From: Eledone cirrhosa
Lineage: Eukaryota
Assembly: GCA_964016885.1 (NCBI GenBank)
Contig: OZ024761.1
Coordinates: forward strand, 11,532,001-11,596,000
DNA: 64,000 bases
Reading direction: 5' to 3'
Below, piece by piece: positions 10,801 to 19,800 of the stretch. The notes beneath the pieces are model-generated. The model made no database searches, was not told the DNA's origin, and saw only the letters and a list, made by a program, of their open reading frames with translations. Each line of letters begins with the position of its first letter. Position 1 is the stretch's first letter. The translations under genes and the position numbers were made by a program.

Positions 10801-13800
10801 ATATGTGTTGTCTGAGGGCCAAACACGATAACTAATTGCGAACATTACTACTAATTTTTTTTATTTCGTATTACAAAGATAAAACATGCTTGCGCTGTAG
10901 AAGCTTTTGTGCAGGGCACAGGTGTGCTTGTAAAGGGCCGAATGTTTGGCATGCCTGTAAGGGCACAGGTGTGCTTGTAAAGGGCCCCATGTTTGGCATA
11001 CCTGTCAGGGCACAGGTGTGCTTGTAAAGGGCCGAATGTTTGGCATACCTGTAAGGGCACAGGTGTGCTTGTAAAGGGCCCCATGTTTGGCATACCTGTC
11101 AGGGCACAGGTGTGCTTGTAAAGGGCCGAATGTTTGGCATACCTGTAAGGGCACAGGTGTGCTTGTAAAGGGCCACATGTTTGGCATACCTGTCAGGGTG
11201 CAGGTGTGCTTGTAAAGGGCCGAATGTTTGGCATGCCTGTCCTAGATATCAATGGAGCACAAGACCTCACTGAAACTGAAAAAAAAGACAGCATGGAAGT
11301 GTCATTTTGAGAGACTGATGATTGTGGAGAATGCGTGAGAGGAAGATAGCCAGCCCCAATTGGACCCAACAGAGGGACCAGCAGTACAAATCAGCAACAG
11401 GGTAATATATAAGGCAATTAAGGACATAAAGGCAGGCAAAGCATCGGGTCAATTGTGAATAATTGCTGAGATACTCAAAGTATCTGGGATTGTAGATCAC
11501 ACCACAACCACCCATATTGTAAACCATGTCATATAAAATGGTGCTATACCCAATGACTGGTATAGCAGCATCATTGTCAACTGCTACAAGAGTAAAGGTG
11601 ATGCTCTAGATGGCAGAAACTACTGAGGTATGAAACTGATAGTCCAGGTCATAATACTTTCAGAAAGAGGCATAATACAACTGATTAGGGATCAAATTAA
11701 TCTAGAAAAGATGCAGTTCGGATTTGTGTCAAGTAAACGTTCCATGGATGACCTTTTCCTTGTGATGCAACTGCAGGAGAAATACCAAGCTAAAAGCAAA
11801 CCCCTCTACTTGGCACTTTTGACAGGGTCACCCGTTCTGTAATCTGGTTGGCATAAAGGAACCTAGTAGACGAGTGGCTTGTAAGGGCAGTTCAAGCCAT
11901 GTACAGTGGTGCAGTCAGCAAGGTTAAAATTAATAATGACTATAGTGAGAAGTTTAGCATGCTATTCAGGGTCCACCAAGGCTCTGTCCTTAACCCTCGC
12001 CTGTTTATTATCGTCCACCAGGCTATAATCTCTCTCTCTTTCTCTCTCATGTCCTCCTCCTTAATCATAAAAATATTATTTATTACCTTTACCTATCTAA
12101 ATATAATTAATTAATTAATAACTTTAATTGTTATTGTTTATCCAGATAAAAGCCCGAAAACCAAAAGTAATCAATATCATGTTTCCAATGACATTACGGA
12201 AAAGATCTGAAAATTCTACATCTATGGAAGTCCCTTCTGATGATAGTTTTCTTTGTGAGTATAATGGTATCTTTCTTTTTTAATGTTATAGAACTTATAT
12301 TGTATAGAACATGATAAATGAATAACATATATATATATATATATATATCATCATCGTCTTACGTCCACTTTCCCCTGCTTGCAAGGGTGAGACGGGAATT
12401 GATACTGGCTTGATTTCTACAGCTGGATCATCATCATCATCATCATCACCGTTTTACGTCCGTTCTTCCACGCTAGCATGGGTTAGATGGGTTGTCCTGT
12501 TGTGGGCAGTGTCTGGTCGGCTGACCATGCCTTGCTCATACAGGAACTGATCTGGCTTGATTTCTACAGCTGGATGCCCTTCCTAACACCAACCTCATTT
12601 ACAGTGAGTGCTGGGTGCTTTTTCGTGGCGCCTACACGTCCACTTTACAGTGTGGGCTGGGTGCTTTTTTGCCGTGGCACCTCCACGACCACCTTGCGGT
12701 GGGGAGAGTGGGGGCATATTGTTTATATGCTTCAGCATGTACCCATGGGAGGTCGGGTACCCTGTAATACTGCATGACGCCAGAAGTCACGGTCGTGTGT
12801 CATTGTCTTTGAGAGGTGTAGTTGGGTAAGGTCGGCTTTTATCACCTCATCCCAAGTCATCTTGGGTCTCCCCACTCCGCGGTTTCCATCAACTTCTAGT
12901 GCTCTGCACCTTTTTATGCAGCTGTCATCCTTCATACGCATCACATGTCCATACCAGCGTAACCGCCTCTCCTGCACGCAGCATTTGATTCCTCTTATGC
13001 TCAGTCTCTCTCTCAATTCATTTATGCTTTGTCGTTCACGTATATTACTGTTACACATCCATCGGAGCATGCAGGCTTCGTTTCTCTCTAATCTACGTAA
13101 GTCTTCCACCTTCAGCGCCCAGGTCTCACTACCATGCAACATCGCTGTTCGGATACACGCATCATACAGTCTGCCTTTCATTCTGAGGGAGAAGCCTTTT
13201 GCAGCTAGCAGTGGTAGTAGTTCCCTAAACTTCTTCCATCCCGTTCTTACCCTAGTTATTGTACTTTCTGAGCACCCACCTCCGTTGCTAATTCGGTCAC
13301 CTAGGTAGCAGAAGCTGTCTACTGTTTCTACAGAGCCCTCCCAGAGATTGGTGGTACTTGTTTCCTGTGGCTGTTTGCTTGCTGTTTCAGCACAGCTGCT
13401 GCATGTGAATCCTACATTCTTAATTAAGCTTCCTGAGATCCCGCTACATCTCTTGTGTACCCATTGTTTGCATTTGGGGCAGAGAATGGAGTTCCTACCT
13501 ACACCTTTCCTACATACTGAGCAAGGCCATTTCCCTGAGGGGATCTGGGTTCTGTTTTCTCGTCTACTTACAAGGACCTTAGTCTTTGTCATGTTGACTT
13601 TGAGGCCCTTTCTCTCTAGTCCCTGCTTCCAGGTTTGGAATTTCTTCTCTAGTTCTACCATAGATTCAGCTATGAGTGCGAGGTCATCAGCATACAGGAG
13701 TATGGATGCCCTTCCTAACACCAACCTCATTTACAGTGAGTGTTGGGTGCTTTTTGTTCCGTGGCCCCTCCACGACCACTTTGCAGTGGAATGATATGGA

Positions 13801-16800
13801 CCCCAGTCCCTATCATCTCATTTCTACAGCTGAGTAAACTGGAGCAATGTGAAATAAAGTGTCTTGCTCAAGGAAACAACACATCACCCGGTCTGAGAAT
13901 TGAACTCACAACCTTTCGATTGCAAGGCCAATGCTCTAACCATTAAGCCATGTGCCTCCATTATATATATATAAAAGGTAAACAGAAATAACAACACAAT
14001 CGGTACAGTATATGGAAGGTATATATTAGGTTAACGCTTGATATAGCAGGAAGAGGGTCTTAACGTTTCGGACGCTAGTCCTTCATCAGAAGAAAGAATG
14101 AGAAATAAGATAGATTAAGGGGACGGGCTGGATGGAATTGGAAAAAATGGCTTTAGATAAAAATAACAGGTCCATTCGTGTTGACATCTCTTGCAAAACT
14201 GTTGGTGGTGGCGTTTTGTGTATGATTTGTTTTTTAGAAAAGTGGATGATGGCGTGCGTCTACTTGAGATGGAAAAAAAAACGTTTTGTAAAAAGAGCTA
14301 TTATAATTATATATATATATCATCATATATAGATATGTGTGTGTGTGTTGCAAAGTTATTTCTTTCTTGTTTACTTCCATTAGATTGTGAAGACTGCAAT
14401 GAAGAATATACAGGTGACTGTCCTTATCATGGCCAACTTCTTGTGATTTCAGACAATCAGGTAAAATATCTAAAGTTTTAGTTCATTAGTAAATATTTAC
14501 AATTTCATTAAGGTTTATTTAACCCTTTTATTAACTTAAACCCTTTCACATTTACATTACTCTACTATTATATTTTCATGGTAAAGGTTTTATCTCACAT
14601 AATATGGAAATAATTGTTTCTACTTTTGGCACAAGGCCAGCAAATACCAGTGCATTACTGGTACTTTATTTTATCGACCCCGTAATATGGAAATAATGCG
14701 ATGTTGATGTGATGATATTATTTATTTTGAGAACATGAGTGGTTGGTTTGAACAAAAAGAGATGAGAGAATGATTTTCAAATTTTGTAATTAAACACGGT
14801 TTGATGTGTAATTTTATATGCATGTATATAATAACAATCTATTATTAATAAATATATATAGGGCGGTGGATTGGCAGTATCGGTAGAGGGTCGGACACTA
14901 TGCTTTGACGTATAGAGTTACGACCCTTGCCATTCTGAGTTCAAATCCTGCCGAGGTTAACTTTGCCTTTCATCCTTACGGGGTCGATAAAATAAAGTAC
15001 CAGTAATACACTGGGTAATTGCTGGCCTTGTGCAAAAGTTGTTAATAATTATATAGACCATCTTATATCAGATAAGTTTTCAGAACTGTTAGAAAGATCT
15101 CCAGGTGAGAATTGAAATCCTGGCCTTCAAATTATCAAGGAAGACCAGAATTTTCATCCTCATCTCTGGATCTTCCTAACAAGAATATTTATGGCAAAAC
15201 TTTAAAAAATCAATGAAATTTTATGCCAGATTGTGTTTTGGCTTCCAGGCAATCATTGATATATTTTATTTTTGTCTCTTTACATTTAGGTTTCTAAAGG
15301 ATCTTCCAACAGAGCAAAATTAACTGCTCCACCTTGTATTTCTATCTTAGAATCAAAAATACCAGGAGCTGGTCTTGGGGCTTTTGCTATCACTACAATT
15401 CAAGCTAGAGGTAGATTTGGTCCTTATGAAGGAAAACTTATTAATGATCTGGATGAAGCTCAGATATCTGGTTATAGTTGGCAGGTAAAATATTAAAAAC
15501 AATGGAATATAGTTAAGTTTAAAATATATATCTATATATATTTCCCATGGGAACTCCTGTATGCGCATGATCTCACACTTATAGCTGAATCCATGGTGGA
15601 ACTAGAGAAGAAATTCCAAACATGGAAGCAGGGACTAGAAAGAAAGGGTCTCAAAGTCAACATGACAAAGACTAAGGTTCTTGTAAGTAGACGAGAAAAT
15701 ATAACCCAGATCCCCTCAGGGAAATGGCCTTGTTCAGTATGTAGGAAAGGTGTAGGTAGGAACTCCATCCTCTGCCCCAAATGCAAACAATGGGTACACA
15801 AGTGATGTAGTGGGATCTCAGAAAGTTTAACTAAGAATGTAGGCTTCACATGTAGCAGCTGTGCTGGGTCAGCAAGCAGCAAACAGCCACAGGAAACAAA
15901 CACCATCAAACTCTGGGAGGGCTCTGTAGAAACAGTAGACAGCTTCTGTTACCTAGGTGACTGAATTAGCAGCGGAAGTGAGTCTTCAGAAAGTACAATA
16001 ACTAGGGTAAGAACGGGATGGAAGAAGTTCAAGGAGCTACTGCCACTGCTAGCTGCAAAAGGCTTTTCCCTCAAAATGAAAGGCAGACTGTATGATGCGT
16101 GTATCCGAACAGCAATATTACATGGAAATGAAACCTGGCTGCTGTCTATAGAAGACTTGCGTAGATTAGAAAGAAACAAAGCCTGCATGCTCTGATGGAT
16201 GTGTAATAGTAATATACGCGAACGGCAAAGCATAAATGAATTGAGAGAGAGACTGAGCATAAGAGGAATCAAATAGTGTGTGCAGGAGAGGAGGTTACGT
16301 TGGTATAGACATGTGATGCGTATGAAGGATGACAGCTGCATAAAAAGGTGCAGAACACTAGAAGACCTGGGATGAGGTGATAAAGGCCGACCGTACCCAA
16401 TTGCACCTCACAAGGGCAATGACACACGACCGTGACCTTTGGCGTCACGCAGTAATACAGAAGACCCAAGCCCCCCACAGGAACAAGCCGAAGCTGAAGC
16501 ATATGGACAATATACCTCCCAACCCCTAACCCCACCCCAACCCCACTGCAAAGTGGACGTGTAGGTGCCACGGTAAAAAGCACCCAGCACTCACTGTAAA
16601 TGAGGTTGGTGTTAGGAAGGGCATCAAGCTGTAGAAATCAAGATAGAATCAGTTCCCGTATGAGTAAGACAAGGTCAGCCAACTGGACACTGCCCACAAC
16701 AGGACAACCCGTCTAACCCATGCTAGCGTGGAAGAACGGACATAAAACGGTGATGATGATGATGATGAAATATTGGTAATGTATAAATTATAAACTTGCA

Positions 16801-19800
16801 CTCAGTATACTCTGTAAAATGACAGTGTCTACTTTGTAAAGTGTAGTGCTGGTGCTACCATAAAATGCACTGAGTACATGCTTGTACAGTGGTTGGCAGT
16901 AGGATGGGTGTCCAGCTCTTGAAACCATGAAATATATGAACAAGACAGTTATCTAACTTGTCAGGCCTCAGAACAGGAACACCTCTCCAAACCATGGAAA
17001 AAAATAGATGTAAAGTGTTAATGATGATGATTAGATAACTATTATGTCTATACATTAAACATCACTACTTACATTACAATAATAAATGTATGTATCTGTC
17101 TTAGGTATGGAAGCTATTTCATTCGGTGTCAGCCACATTGTAAACTTTGTTAATATTTAGTATGTAGAATATGATGTGTTAACTAGAAATATATGATTAG
17201 GAAGACAGACAGACAGATATATAGTTAATATTATTCTATCGAGGTTAACTTTGCCTTTCATCCTTACGGGGTCGATAAAATAAAGTACCAGTAATACACT
17301 GGGTAATTGCTGGCCTTGTGCCAAAAGTAGAAACAATTCTATGGCAAATATTATTTTCATTTTTCTGGTAAGTTCATGAGACAATTCCAGACATATTTCA
17401 GTTTATTTTGATCTCATCAGTAAAGTAAAGATTTCAGTGTACTTACTGAAGTAAGGATGAAAGATCCACCAAATGAATGTATAATACTGTACATTGGTTG
17501 GAGTAGAAAAATATAATTAATATTCCCTGAAATTATGTTAATAACTATTATATTGGTCTATGAAGGCCTGGGCACTGTCCCTTCCTCCAAATCAAACAAT
17601 ATTTTTGACAATATTTTTATATATATTTTCACACAGATCAATACTAATGGAAAATCAAACTGTTTTATTGATGCAATTGATGTGTCACTGTCTAACTGGA
17701 TGAGATATGTGAACTGTGCAAGGACTGAAGATGAACAAAATTTAACTGCTTTTCAGTACAATGGTAATATCTATTATAGAACACTAAAGATCATTGTAGC
17801 TGGTGAAGAATTACTAGTATGGTATGGTGAAGAATATGCAAAAGATCTTGGTATATCATACAATGAACATCTGACAACAGAGAATGTTTCATCAGTTGAA
17901 GAACAATTACCTGAAACAATCAACACTACAGGTAAAAATACCTTTGATTTAAATCTTTAATACTTTTACTGCTTTCAATCACTAGACTGCAGCCATATTA
18001 GGGCACCACCTTGATTAATCAATCATATCAAATCCAATACTTTTTTTTTTTTCAAGCTATTCCTTATTATAATAATCTTGTATTTTTGTGAAACTACTAA
18101 GTTATGGAACATAATCACAAACAGACACGTCGACAGAAACACATACACATATATGTAGAGAGATAGATATGTCAATCTATTTATTTCTCTGTCTGTCTGT
18201 CTATATATATGTATATGCATACATACGTATAAACAGACACATTATTAAATATACCCAGACCACTATGTTAAGCGGTAGTACCAGTACACCATAAAATACA
18301 CCCAGTACACTCTGTATAGGAGTTATGCTGGTGTCATGATAAAATACACCCGAGTCCCTGCTCTAAAGTGTTTGGCATTTAGAAGGACATCCAACTGTAG
18401 AAACCAGGTTAAACTGGGATATATGAGAGGGATGTTATATATATAAATGTGATTAACTTTCTTAAATGTTAATCACTTTATGTCGCAATTCATCTGTTCA
18501 TGATCATCATTGTCATCTCACGACTGATACAGTTTACAGTTTCTAATAGATGTTTATATTATATACAGATACAACCCCTCATGCGTATGTTTAATACATA
18601 TGTTTATGAATATATTTTTTTATGTTTACAGATAAGTGCCCTTCATCAATTTCACAAATTGATCAGATCAGATCTTCTGGATACACAGATCAATATAGAA
18701 TCAATACAACTTTGGAAATTGATACTGAAATGAAAATACAATCTGTTAAAATAAAAATAAAATGTAAAAAGGATACCTCATTATCAGATTGCAAAAAAAT
18801 GGATTCCAGTTGGAAACCATTCCAATGTAAGGAATGTGGTAAGACATTCTCTGACTCTGGCATGTTCACTAGACATGAGAGAATACATACTGGAGAGAAA
18901 CCATTCCAACGTAAGGAATGTGGTAAGACATTCTCTGTCTCTAGTGCCTTAACAACATATAAGAGGACACATACTGGAGAGAAACTATTCCAATGTAAGG
19001 AATGTGGTAAGACATTCTCTGACTCTGGCATGTTCACTAGACATGAGAGAACACATACTGGAGAGAAATCATTCAAATGTAAGGAATGTGGTAAGACATT
19101 CTCTGACTCTAGTACCTTAACAACACATGAGAGAACACATACTGGAGAGAAACCATACCAATGTAAGCAATGTGGGAAGACATTCTCTGTCTCTAGTCAC
19201 TTAACAACACATGAGAGAACACATACTGGAGAGAAACCATACCAATGTAAGGAATGTGGGAAGACATTCTCTGACTCTAGTAACTTAACAACACATGAGA
19301 GAACACATACTGGAGAGAAACCTTTCAAATGTAATGTATGTGGTAAGACATTCTCTGACTCTAGTACCTTAACAACACATGAGAGAACACATACTGGAGA
19401 GAAGCCTTACAAACGTAAGGTATGTGGTAAGACATTCTCTATCTCTAGTCACTTAACAAAACATAAGAGGACACATACTGGAGAGAAACCTTACAAACGT
19501 AAGATATGTGGTAAGACATTCTCTATCTCTAGTCACTTAACAAGACATAAGAGGACACATACTGGAGAGAAACCATACAAATGTAAGGTATGTGGTAAGA
19601 CATTCTCTGTCTCTGGTGCCTTAACAACACATGAGAGAACACATACTGGAGAGAAACCATACAAATGTAAGGTATGTGGTAAGACATTCTCTGTCTCTGG
19701 TAACTTAACAACACATGAGAGAACACATACTGGAGAGAAACCATACAAATGTAAGGTATGTGGTAAGACATTCTCTGTCTCTGGTGCCTTAACAACACAT

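Noticed and set aside
12862-13794. Plus-strand ORFs of 148 aa, and similar antisense ORFs at 6503-7117 and 15532-16341
   Set aside because: They are antisense shadows of RTE coding sequence.
18622-18631. ATG at 18622 as the start of a stand-alone 1160-aa zinc-finger gene
   Set aside because: It lies in the pyrimidine tract and acceptor (TTTACAG) of the last intron; the phase matches splicing from the SET exon.
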